Assembly (NCBI RefSeq): GCF_000143415.4
Contig: NW_003314308.1
Coordinates: 1,096,654-1,160,653 of the forward strand
Source of the DNA: Selaginella moellendorffii
Lineage: Eukaryota > Plantae > Lycopodiophyta
Reading direction: 5' to 3'
DNA: 64,000 nt
Under the pieces are notes generated by a model. It had not been told where the DNA came from. It did not search any database and was given only the letters and a program-made list of their open reading frames with translations. How positions within the stretch are numbered: position 1 is the stretch's first letter; each line of letters begins with the position of its first letter. Positions 25,569-38,404 of this stretch are shown piece after piece. Position numbers and translations under genes: made by a program.

Positions 25569-28500
25569 TGTAAGCGACTAAATGTTCCATTCTACTTTAG
25601 TCACTTAACCACACCTTCAACCACTTGGAGGAGTCTCACTCATAACCTCCATAAGTCCTATTTCAGACTTGGGCTTGCTAGCCCCGAGAATGGCGTCCCC
25701 GCCACTTAACCTTTGCACTTGATTCAAGTGCTCCACGTGTCCGATCCCATGACCAACACCCCAAGGTACCACCGACATATCAGCCCGTTACGCTAAGGCC
25801 ATGCCCCTTTACCTTGGTCACACCGGTGGTCTAACACCACCTGCATTATAATCCTATCTCTCAAGAACTGGGCCATCCGTCCATGAGTGATCATTCCAGA
25901 TCCACTCCTTAGCATCCTTAGAATGCCCACAGACATGGGGAATAACCTTCCTCAATATCCCTTTTCCGGTCTTCACCAAGTCCCTTTCTGCCCATAGCCG
26001 TGTTCGCCAACACTGCCACTGGATCGAGGCCCACAGGCCCGACCACTAAGTCCCACGGTCCTTTAGGACTTCCTCACCACTAGACTATATCCTTGGTCAC
26101 TACACTAGAGGACTACTCCTCTTCCTTTCCACAGTCTGGGCCTTTGGGACCACATTTCGAAACACCGTGGCCCTACACGGGCCTCATGGGTACTCTCCCC
26201 GCCTTCTGCCTTTGGGTGCTCTAGCCATGGGCTTAGAGCGAGGTTCCATTGAGCCACACCAGGTATCCAAGTAGGTAGTGCCACCCACACTTGGACTGGG
26301 AGCATTGACCATTCGATCTCCCAGGAGAACTAGAGCCGGCTCTTGAACACTTCACCAAGTTACCCCGCTTGTCGGTCCGTATTCACTCTAGTCTTGGACT
26401 TCCCAGTGGTCAGTTCATCACCCAACACTAGGTATGGCCTTCCTGGGCCAAACTGGCCTTTCCTGGGCCAAACTAGCCCTTCCTGGCCAAATTAGCTCCA
26501 CTGGGCTCCAACCCCCACACTCTCCCTGCTATACTTTTGGAACCCCCCGCAGCCCCCCCCCCCCCCCATTCAATGGGGGACGATCACTCTGGGCTTTCAC
26601 CCAACTGCCTATATTAGTATTCGGACTCGGACTCGGGCTCGAACTCGGACTCGGACTCGGACTCGGTCCCGGTTTCAGACTCGGACTCGGTCTCGGTCTC
26701 GGCTTCGGCCTCGGTCTCGATCTTGGTCTCGGGTCCATCTCGGACTCCATCTCGGACTCCATCTCGGGTCTATCTCGGACTCCATCTCGGATCCATCTCG
26801 GACTCCATCTTGGACTCCATCTCGGGTCCATCTCGGACTCCATCTCGGACTCCATCTCGGGTCCATCTCGGACTCCATTTCGGGTCCATCCCGGACTCCA
26901 TCTCGGGTCCATCTCGGACTCCATCTCGGGTCCATCTCGGGTCCACCTCGGACTCCACTTCGGACTCCAACTCGGACTCCACTTCGGACTCCAACTCGGA
27001 CTCCACTTCGGACTCCAACTCGGACTCCACCTCGGACTCCATCTCGGGTCCTTCTCGGACTCCAGTTTGGACTCCAACTCGGGTCCATCTCAGGTCCATC
27101 TCGGACACTTCCACGTGTCATGTGTTGATTGTTCGCTTCATGCTCATTCCTTGAGCACTTCGTTAGGAGTTCCACTCCCGCTCTCGACCTTTCAAGTCAG
27201 AGCTTTTAGTCCAAACGTGTTACGCTCGTTTGGCTTTCGCTTCGGCCACTACCACGTGGCACCCTTTTGGCTCCACTTTGGGGCCTAGGGATTTTGTGTC
27301 TCACAACTCCACCACCCATATACGAAGTTCGATGTCCTCATCGAATGATAAACCCTTTTATAAAGTAACACTTACATGTATTACCGTTTCCATCTTTGGC
27401 CCCTGGCCAATATTCGTCTATGATTTGACACCGAAGGTTCACCATGCCTTGTCCATCCTCTAAGGAGGGTAGTCTCTCCAACTTAGAGACTGATTGGACC
27501 ATATGTAGTGGTTCTCTCCTTTTATTGGTTTAGTTCTTGCTAAACCTCTTAGAGACCCTTCTCTAAGTCAATCCCACTACTCCTTCTCGAGTAGTCTCAA
27601 TTTCCATCTATTGAATGTTTGCACCTTGGAACTTTTACTCTTTGACTTCTGGAAGTCAATTTCATAGATGTCTCCAACACCTTGCATTGCATATATTGTG
27701 CAACTCCACTTCCCCATCTTAGGAAGTTCTTTACTTGAGGGCACCATCATGCTCTCTTCTATTTCGTGCCACTTTGGGCACTAAGTTCCATTTATCATAC
27801 TTTGTGCTAGGGCTGTCCATGGCCCTATCATTTGGCTACCTTACTGCTCCCTCCCTTGGAGCTTCCACTTTCGCCAAATCGGAGCAATTCGGAATCCATC
27901 CTTAGAAACACACTTTCTTTCCCGCAATTTGTTAGCGTCCAACACATTAGTGTTCCTCGCCTAACTTTGCCACTTGGATTCCTTTCAAGGGATTCCATGG
28001 CCCTATTTTGGCCACCCATCTTTTGCTCCTATCCGTTAATTGTTGCACCAAGCAACCCTGAATCTCTACCTCCCTCCTTGAGGTATTCTTTTGATTCCAT
28101 AGCAAAGGCTCTGCTTTGCCAAGACTAGGGTGTTCACCCCTAGTAAGTCTCCTTAGCATCTTCTGCTGTGGGCTCTATCCACGGCCCAACTTTGTGACCC
28201 TCCCATGGGTCTCTTTAGAGACTACTTTCCTTGGACACACTATGCCATCGCAATGACATAGCTCATTTCCCTAAGGTGCTTTTCCCACTTGGTCACCTTG
28301 ACCAAGCCACACCATCATCAATAGTTCAAATCAACACTTTGAACTAGAAACCTTATTAACCCAAACAAGGACCTTGTCCTTATTTAGCCTCAAGATCACC
28401 TAGTGATCTCACCTCGGCACCTTAACAGGTTTGCCAATAGGTACTAGGTCTTCCAGACCTTTAACTTGCTAACTACGACCCTGAGGGCATCCCCCACACT

Positions 28501-31500
28501 TGGCAGTGCGCCCAAGCCAGCCCTTCCGGCCAAGGGTCCATAACAACTGAGACTGGGTGTCCCCATCTCATTCACCACGTCTTTGGTGCCACTGGCACCA
28601 AAGTGTTCAAGTTAGATATGCTGAGCCACACTAAGCAATTTAACCGTGCATCACGACTCCGAGGCATCCCTCGCTTGGCGGTGTGCCCAAACCAGTCTCC
28701 ACACTGAGAGTCCATGACCACTGAAAAATGAGTGTCCTTATATTCCAAACCATCACCACGCCCTAGTGATTTGGGACTTGAACCCAAGCACTAGAGGGTC
28801 GGGACTCGAACCCAACCTCTATATATGTATCTATGGACGGCATCACCCAGGATGCCTGGCGTGACTCATCACGCCGGTGCACCAACTTTTACTCAAAGCG
28901 CGCTATAGATCACAGCTTAGGAACCTAGTTCCTCCACACTGCCAAGTCCTCTCATTTGACACGTCTGTGATCATGCATGGACTCCTTCATGTTTGGCCCC
29001 ATGGCCCACCCTTTTTGAAGGTAGCACCTTCAACTAGGGTATTTGTTCCCCCCGACTTGCCAATCTCATCTAGTGAGTCTTCCGGCCACCGTAACATGGT
29101 TCATGCATAAGCGTGAAAGTCCTTAACCATCGACTTTCGTTCAAAAGCCCTCTCTTTGAACACTCGGGAACTACTTCTCTAACCTTGATAGCCTTGCCTC
29201 ATGGCAAGCTTCAAGACCACGCTTCTGCTGTGCCACTCTAGTTTCGCGCGTTCCATAAACTATTTACACTTAGCCTTTCTAGGTACTAAGCTACATAGAA
29301 TTGTCTTTGGGAACCTTGAAGGAACTCTGTCCCTTAGCTTGCTAAGGCCTCCCTTTTCGCAAGTTTTCTAGTTGCCATATAGTCTAATATGGACAATTCC
29401 ATATTTTAGATTCTCCATGGCATCACAATTGCTAGCAACAACACCCTCGAGCCCCCACTTGATTCTCCACTCCCAACTGGCATAACCACCCTTTGTTATG
29501 CCCTTCGATTCCTATGGTTTGGTTCTATCCCCTTACTACTTGCTTTTGGCTTCACACCTTTCCTTTGGTCATTCTCCTCCAGACTAGAAGGATAGCTTTG
29601 CACTTTCTATCATGCCTTAGCAAGTATTTTTAAGGATGAACCTACCCGATAGCCTAGGGAGTGGTTCCTCAATCCAGGTATGCTCACCTTATAATCCCAC
29701 ACACCGGGATTAACGTTGTTGTTTATGGGCCTTTACATGCCCACCACTAGCCTTGCCAAAATTCCATTTTTGGGTTTGTCCAATTCGGGTAGATAGTCTT
29801 CTCCCGTCTCCACAACCTTGGACATTTGGATAGCACCTTCTATCCATCATTCGCTAGGGACTTAGTCCCTTGGGCCTTATCTATTGCCCTTGTGACATCA
29901 AACACCACCCCCTGGTGTTCCAGAGTGTTTGGGTGTCCCAATGATGGTTTCCTTGACAATGAGCATTTCCTTTCACGACATTGACTCACTATATCGCAAC
30001 ATAAGCAATTTATCCCCTGTAAGGTTATATTTAACTTCTTTATGCCATTAAGAAGTCTTGGGTAGCTACCTTCTACTCGTTTAACCAATTATATTTGCAC
30101 CTCTTGCTTAGTTGCCCCATAGTTGTCAAGTCCTATAACTCATTGCTTGGTGCTTCCACACCTCCATCATTATCTGGGTCATCACACTCCAACCACATGC
30201 CTTCTAGCTTAGGCCATGCCTTTCCCGCTTCCGTTGGGGATTCCCTTGGTAAGGGGTTCTTATGAACCCACCATCATAACCTCAAGGTATCACACCTTAG
30301 CACATTTGGTGTCTTCACACCATCGGCCCCACAAGCTTACCTTTATAACACTACTTATTAGTGCCTAGGTCTTTGCCAAGACCAATATAATTATTCCTCA
30401 TGCTAATTATTCGTTAGCACCGCACCATAGTGTTTGCACCCAACTCTGGGCCAAAGTTGCTTTCTTCTGGGAACATCTTTCCCACAATTTTAGTATGGCA
30501 CATTCTGCCATCAATGAGATACCTACTGTTCTCATACTTGGATCTTATGATCCTCCCCATACCTCATAGGGCACTATACACCTTAGTCCAAATGCTCCAA
30601 CCAATCCTTTAGGACCATTCCCTGACTCCGCTTGAGTCATCTAGCATTTTGGACTTTGCTAATCCAACAACTTGCGAGGTCTCAGTTTTAGAGGTGCCAA
30701 CTCACTGGAATACAACTTCTTGTATTCATGTCCTACTCACAAGGACAATTTTTGCAAGTGTTACTCTGACACTTGATGATTTTCTTGGGGTTAACCTTTG
30801 CCCCTTAGGACTATTTGTCCATGTGATGAGGATAGCAACTCATCTTTAAATACACCCCCAACTCCTTGGGTTGTTCCAGCATTTATTAGAGGTAGCCCCG
30901 GCTACCTTTTCAAAGACTGGTGTCCTCTTCTGTATTTGACCTTCCACGGTCAACAATTTCGGTCTCAAATTTATGAGTACCAGCCTCAACCATATAAGGG
31001 TAATCTTGTGACTCCTTTATTGTTTTAGAGTCTGCATCTTTCCCGTGATCCCAACTGTAGTTGTTTACCACAACTACATTAACCAATTTGCTAAGTCAAA
31101 CACTCATCTGGATCACATCCTCAACTCTCTGAGGAAACCCTTATACTATTCCCAAGATCCCAAAGTCGTTCCATTATTGGCCCTTTTCTATCCACCACCT
31201 CGCCTATAAGTTCACACATGAATTGTAGTGGAGAGCCATGTCTTTCTGACTTGCTACTCCTCAAGGATAGGCCCACTCCTAGGACCTTCCAATGCTAACA
31301 CCAGCGGTGATATACTTGAGCACCAATAAAAGTCAGACTAAGGAACAGCTCCAATACTAAATTGTAAGCGACTAAATTTTCCATTCTACTTTAGTCACTT
31401 AACCACACCTCCAACCACTTGGAGGAGTCTCACTCACAACCTCCATAAGTCTTATTTCAGACTTGGGCTTGCTAGCCCCGAGAATGGCATCCCCGCCACT

Positions 31501-33558
31501 CAACCTTTGCACTTGATCCAAGTGCTCCACGTGTCCGATCCCATGACCGACACCCCAAGGTACCACCGACATATCAGCCCGTTACGCTAAGGCCATGCCC
31601 CTTTACCTTGGTCTCACCGGTGGTCTAACACCACCTACATTATAGTCCCATCTCTCAAGAACTGGGCCATCCGTCCATGAGTGATCATTCCAGATCCACT
31701 CCTTAGCATCCTTAGGATGCCCATAGACATGAGGAATAGCCTTCCCCAATATCCCTTTTCCGGTCTTCACCAAGTTGTAAGCGACTAAATTTTCCATCCT
31801 ACTTTAGTCACTTAACCACACCTCCGACCACTTGGAGGAGTCTCAATCACAACCTCCATAAGTCCAATTCAGGACTTGGGACTTGCTAGCCCCGAGAATG
31901 GCATCCATGCCACTCAATAGTTGCACTTGGTCCAAGTGCTCCACGTGTCCGATCCCACGACCGACACTCAAAAGTACCACCGACATAGCAGCCTGTTACG
32001 CTAAGGCCATGCCCAATCACCTTTGCCACACTGGTAGTCCAATACCACTTGCATCACAGTCTTGGCTCTCCAAGACTAGGCAAACCATCCCTGAGTGGTC
32101 ATCTCAGACCCACTCCTTAGCATCCTTAGGATGCCCACCAACAAGGGGAATAGCCTTCCCCAATATCCCTCTGTCAGTCCCCACTAAGTCCCTTTCTGCC
32201 CTTGGCCGTGTTTGCCAACACTGCCACTGGATCGAGGCCCACAGGCCCGACCCCTAAGTCCCACGGTCCTCTGGGACTTCCTCACCACACGACTGCGTCC
32301 TTGGTCACTGCCCCAGAGGACTGCTCCTCTTCCTTTCCACAGTTTGGGCCTTTGGGACAACATTTCGGAACACCGTGGCCTTATGCGAGCCACCTGGGTA
32401 CTCTCCCCGCCTTTTGCCTTTAGGTGCTCTAGCCATGGGCTTAGAGCGAGGTTCCGTTGAGCCACACTAGGTATCCAAGTAGGTAGTGCCACCCACACTT
32501 GGACTGGGAGCATCGGCCAGTCGATCTCCCGGGGGAACTAGAGCCGGCTCTTGAACACTTCACCAAGCTACCCCGCTTGTCGGTCTGTGTTCACTCTAGT
32601 CTTGGACTTCCCAGTGGGCAGCTCATCACCCAACACTGAGTCCGGCCTTCCTGTGCCAAACTGGCCTTTCCTGGCCAAACTGGCTCCATTGCAGTCCTCC
32701 CCCTACTATACTTTTGGAGCTCACCAAACCCCCCAGGGTCTGGGAGATGAACGCTTTGGGCTTTCACCCTCTCAGACTCGAACTCGGACTCGGACTCAGA
32801 CTCGGACTCGGACTCGGACTCGGCCTCGGTCTTGGTCTCGGTCCCGATCTCGGTCTCGGTCTCGGTCCTGGTCTTGGTCCCGGTCTCGGTCTCAACTTCG
32901 GACTCCATCTCGGGTCCATCTCGGACTCCATCTCGGATTCCATCTCGGGTCCATCTCGGACTCCATCTCGGGTCCATCTCGGGTCCATCTCGGACTCCAT
33001 CTCGGGTCCATCTCGGACTCCATCTCGGACTCCATCTCGGGTCCATCTCGGACTCCATCTCAGACTCCATCTCGGGTCCATCTCGGACTCCATCTCGAAC
33101 TCCATCTCGGGTCCATTTCGGGTCCATCTCGGACTCCATCTCGGGTCCATTTCGGGTCCATCTCAGACTCCATCTCGGGTCCATTTCGGGTCCATCTCGG
33201 ACTCCATCTCGGGTCCGTCTCAGACTCAATCTCGGATCCATCTCGGGTCCACCTCGGACTCCACCTCGGACCCCATCTCGGGTCCTTCTCGGACTCCAGT
33301 TCAGACTCCAACTCGGGTCCATCTTGGACACTTCCACGTGTCATGTGTTGGTCCTTTTGGGTCCCTTTTTGGAGCCTCGCTTATTGCTCGCTTCGTGCTC
33401 ATTCCTCGAGCACTTTGTTAAGAGTTCCACTTCTGCTCTCGACCTTTCAAGTCAGAGCTTTTAGTCCAAGTGTTACGCTCGTTTGGCTTTCGCTTCGGCC
33501 ACTACCACGTGGCACCCTTTCGGCTCCACTTTGGGGCCTAGGGATTTTGTGTCTCACA
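25569..33558 (-). mobile_element. LTR retroelement with ~1.7-kb LTRs and a ~4-kb decayed internal region (LARD-like / non-autonomous)
   Basis: LTRs TGTAAGCGAC...TCTCACA at 25569-27304 and 31363/31776-33558. Degenerate iMet PBS (ttagtattggagc, minus) at 31348-31360, PPT at 27305-27318, TSD ctatt/ccatt. The empty-site aatttagccattatta is seen at ~37507. No RT or integrase motif recognised. Confidence 0.9.
26620..27110. repeat. GGACTC / GGTCTC / GGACTCCATCTC / GGGTCCATCTC minisatellite inside the LTR (also 32775-33330 and 39715-39995)
   Basis: Tandem 6-, 11- and 12-bp units seen directly; array length differs between LTR copies. Confidence 0.95.
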
Positions 33559-36133
33559 CCATTATTACTACTTTTTAAGTTTCTCCCAAAACAACTTGCT
33601 TTAGGCATCTAGTGAATTTGTAACTTCTTTTCAATTTGAGACTATCTATTATAGCATTTGTTTATATGCTTAGGCCAAAATATTAGTATCTTCTATGCCT
33701 GGTGATTTAGCATGTCCAAATGGGGTCAAGTTAAATTAGAAATAAAAGGCAATAAAGAGTAATTCAACATTTATGTGCTTTGTTATAGTGCACATGAATT
33801 TGGAGCCGAACTCTAAATTTATTGCACTATAAAACGAAGGTTTAGTACATATTCAAAATCTTTTATAAGCACCACCTCTTTGTACCTATCTCTTGTACAT
33901 AAAATGGTGTCAAATGTTGAAAGGCAATACAAACTAAACATACTAGATAAAAAGAACATACTAGTCATTATATAAGTTATAAAATATTTTACTTTTTTGA
34001 TCCTTTATACTTTGTCCAAATGGTTGTTACATGTATCAGAAGCCTTTTGATATCACCCTTTCTTTAGAGAAAAAACGGTATATAAGATAAATAATGAATC
34101 TCAACTTTTAGTTATGATTGGAAGGAGATATTACAAGGGAAGGAGGAGGAAGGAGGAAGAAGGCATTTACTAAATCCTTTAAATTTACCTTTTTCTAAAA
34201 GGTCTTAATTTATGTATTTCGCAAATATGCAACGTCCTTTTGATTTAAGACATTTGTCATAGCATTTATTCATATGCCCAAGTCATTTGCCTATGAAGTG
34301 TCAATGTTCTTATGATTTAGCATCCAAAGGGGGTTAAATTAAGTTAGAAATGAAATGCAATAAAAAGTAATTTAGCATTTACATGCTCTATTGTAATGTA
34401 CATGAATTTGGAAATGAACTCTAAGCTTATTGCATTATAAAATGAGGGTTTAGTATGCATTCAAAATCCCTTATAAACACCACCTCCTTATATTTATTTC
34501 TTACATATGAAATTGTGTCAAATATTATCTAGCATAATTTTAACATACTGATGGCATTTTTGTATTCTACTTTATTGGCCATTTCCATTACTAAGGTCAA
34601 ATAGGATTATAAAGTTTTAAAAGTTATGCCACATGAAATGACTTAAGATTGGTTTCAGTCTTGAAGTCTAAGATGCTTATAAAGTCTAGAAATTAGGAAA
34701 AGGACAATAAAAGACAATGCAAACCAAGTTTATCAGACAAAAAAATAAATACTTTAATCGCATTGTAAGCTACAAAATGTTTTACTTTGTTAATCCTTTA
34801 TACTTTATATAAATGGTTAATGATGCTACATGTGCTAAAAGCCTTTTGATATAACCCTCTCTCTCAAGAAAAAAACACATAAGAGAAGTGATAAATTTCA
34901 ACTTTTAGTTTAGGAGAATCACAAATTTAGGGGAAGATAATTCGAGAGGAGGGAGGAAAAAGGCATTTACCAAAATCTTTTAGATTTAACTACTATTATT
35001 GTTCTTTAACTTTTTTCCAAAAAGATTTAGCTTGAGCATCTAACAAAATCGCAACCTCCTTTCGATTTAAGACCATATGCCACAACATTCATTTGTAAAT
35101 CATTTGTCTATAAAATGTTAACACTTCTCACACCCAATGATTTAGTGCATCTAAAGAGGGTTAAGTTAAGTTAAAAATGAGGCAATAAAAAGTAATTTAG
35201 CATTTATTTGCTTTATTGTAACGCAAATAAATTTGGAGCCAAACTTCAAACTTATTCCACTACAAAATAAGGGTTTAGTATGTATTTAAAATCCCATATA
35301 AATACCACTTCCTTATGTTTATTTTTTACATGTTTGAGATTGGTTCAAAATTAAGTGGTCTAATATGTCTATATAGTCTAGAAATTAGGAAAAGTACAAT
35401 ATGAAGGCAATGCAAATGAAGTTTACTAAATAAAGAAAAATGTATTAGTTGTGCTATAAATTGCAAAATGTTTTGTTTTACTAATTTTTTGCACCTTTTT
35501 TAGATGGTTGATTGTGCTATGTATACTAAAAATTTCTTAATCAAGAGAGAAAAAGTTACATTAAAGAAGTGATGGATCTCGGTTTCTAGTTTAGAAGAAT
35601 CACAAACTTGGAAAGAGCTATAAAAAGGGAGAAGAGGAAGGAGGAGGAAAGCACTTATCAAAATCTTTTAAATTTAACCATTATTATTGTCTTTTAAACT
35701 TCTCTCAAAAAAATTTGGTTTAAGCATTTAACGAACCTAGAACTTTTTTTTAATTTAGGACTATTTATTTTATACCCAAATCTTTCGTCTATGGAGCATA
35801 TATATTTAATGATTTAGCATATCTGAAAAAGGTTATATTAAGTTGGAAATAAAAGGTAATAAAGAGTAATTTAACATTCATTTAAATATAAAACTAAATT
35901 TTAGGCTCGCTACACTATGAAACAAGGGTTTAATATACATTTAAAATCTATTCAACTTTTGCATGCAAAAAAAAAATAATTAATGTTGTATTCATATATC
36001 ACTTTATTGTCCAACCTCATTATTAGGGTTAAATAGGATTTAGAAGGTTCTAAAAGATATGCCATATGAAATGGCTTGAAATTGGGTTTTGGAATTTAAT
36101 ATATTTATAAAGTATAGAAATTAGGAGGAGGAT

Positions 36134-36735
36134 TGTAGCGCATATGATTATGGGATGAGATTTGGATATACTATCATTGTGGATCTTTGGAACCGTGAGG
36201 GATAAATGGGGATAAAATAGCCACTAAGGGCTCTCTCATCAAGTAATTGCCCTTTTTCCAATTGGCTTAAGGGGAGAAAAATAAAGTGCGTTACAGTTGG
36301 TATCGGAGCAAATGGCATGAGTTCGATTCCGGCTACTTAAAAATATAATATACTCTTAAGCAAGGTATATTCCTACTTCTAAATTTGAAATTGTATGTAT
36401 TGGACATTCATACGTATATCCTTCCTCTTGTGTGGAGTATCCACGGACGAAAGTATCCACCGTGGGACAATAGTTAATAAAGACATTGACATGAAGGGGG
36501 AGTAAGTGTAGCGCATGTGATCATGAGATAAAATTTGGATATACTGTCACTGTGGATCCTTGAAACCTTGGGGGTAAATGGGGATAAAATAGCCATTGGT
36601 TTAAGAGTATATTGTCACTGTGGATTTTTAAAACCTTGGGGGTAAATGGGGATAAAATAGCCACTAAAAGCTCTTTCATCAAGCAATTGCCCCTTTTCCA
36701 GTTAGCTTAAGGGGAGAGGGATAGGGTGTGCTACA
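36134..36735 (+). mobile_element. TRIM (terminal-repeat retrotransposon in miniature)
   Basis: 5' LTR 36134-36295 (TG...CA), PBS TGGTATCGGAGC 36298-36309, PPT gaagggggagtaag 36493-36506, 3' LTR 36507-36735 (with an internal duplication), perfect TSD AGGAT. Empty site at ~37960-37980. Confidence 0.93.
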
Positions 36736-38404
36736 AGGATAATAAGTTAATTGTGTTGTATGTGATATAACCCTTTTTTTTCTTAAGAAAGACACATTAG
36801 AAAAGTGATAAATTTCAACTTCTAGTCTAGGAGAATCACAAATTTAGGGGAAGATAATTTGAGAGGAGCGAAGAAAAAGGCATTTACCAAAATCTTTTAG
36901 ATTTAACTACTATTATTGTTCTTTAACCTTTTTCCAAAAGGATTTAGCTTGAGCATCTAATTAAATCGCAACCTCCTTTCGATTCAAGATTATATGCCAC
37001 AACATTTATTTGTAAATCATTTGTCTATAGAGTGTTAACACTTCCCACACCTAATGATTTAGTGCATCCAAAGAGGGTTAAGTTAAGTTAGAAATGAGGT
37101 AATAAAAAGTAGTTTAGCATTTATTTGCCTTATTGTAACGCAAATAAATTTGGAGCCAAACTTCAAACCTATTCCACTACAAAATAAAGGTTTAGTATGT
37201 ATTTAAAATTCCATATAAATACCACTTCCTCATGTTTATTTTTTACATATTTGAGATTGGTTCAAAATTAAATAGTCTAATATGTCTATATATAAATTGC
37301 AAAATGTTTTGTTTTACTAATTTTTTGCACCTTTTTTGGATGGTTGATTGTGCTATATATACTAAAACTTTATTGATCAAGAGAGAAAAAGTTACATTAA
37401 AGAAGTGATGGATCTTGGTTTCTAGTCTAGGAGAATCACAAACTTGGAAAGAGCTATTAAAAGGGAAAGGAGGAAGGAGGAGGAAAGCACTTATCAAAAT
37501 CTTTTAAATTTAGCCATTATTATTGTCTTTTAAACTTCTCTCAAAAAAATTTGGTTTAAGCATTTAACGAACTTAAACTTTTTTTTTAATTTAGGACTAT
37601 TTATTTTATACCCAAATCTTTCGTCTATGGAGTATGTATATTTAATGATTTAGCATATTTGAAAAAGGTTATGTTAAGTTGGAAATAAAAGGCAATAAAG
37701 AGTAATTTAACATTCATTTAAATATAAAACTAAATTTTAGGCTCGCCACACTATGAAACAAGGGTTTAATATACATTCAAAATCTATTCAACTCTTGCAT
37801 GCAAAAAAAATATTTAATTAATGTTGTATTCATATATCACTTTATTGTCCAACCCCATTATTAGGGTTAAATAGGATTTAGAAGGTTCTAAAAGATATGC
37901 CATATGAAATGGCTTGAAATTGGGTTTTGGAATTTAACATATTTATAAAGTATAAAAATTAGGAAGAGGATAATAAGTTAATTGTGTTGTATGTGCCAAA
38001 AGTCTCTTGATATAACCCTTTTTTTTTCTTAAGGAAGACACATTAGAAAAGTGATAAATTTTAGCTTTTAATCTAGGAGATTATAAACTTGGGAAGAGCT
38101 ATTAAGGGATGACGGAAGGAAGAAGTTGGTGGTATGTTTATATTTTATATTAATTGTCCATCCTTATTATTGGGATCAAATAAGATTCAAAAACCTTTAA
38201 AATATATGCCATATAGAATGGTTTGAAATTAATTCCACTTTTGGAGTTTAAAATGCTTATAAAGATTAGAAAATAAGAGGATAATAAAAAGACTTCTAGT
38301 CTAGAAAAATCATTAACTTTAGAGGAGTTATTAAAAGGGAAAAGAAGGAGAGAAAAGGAAACCCCCCTTCCCTTACCATGTTTAAACTTTAATAAGTAAG
38401 TGAT

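Larger units (their letters stand above)
25100..38380. repeat. AT-rich degenerate tandem array, ~600-800-bp units, interrupted by LTR elements
   Basis: The landmark aaatcttttaRattta..attatt recurs near 25547, 34172, 34973, 35661, 36890 and 37497. About 34860-36790 (minus the TRIM) is nearly identical to ~36780-38070. Confidence 0.85.

Noticed and set aside
26620-27110. CRISPR-like appearance of regularly repeated units
   Set aside because: The units are contiguous with no unique spacers, there are no cas genes, and the context is eukaryotic.
26434-27288. Long ORFs on both strands with GLGL/SRTP/MESE repeats (also 32551-33612 and 39568-40248)
   Set aside because: They are translations of the stop-free LTR minisatellite, open in all frames, not genes.
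28773-28813. Possible tRNA gene
   Set aside because: Only B-box/T-loop-like motifs are present; no cloverleaf or acceptor stem.
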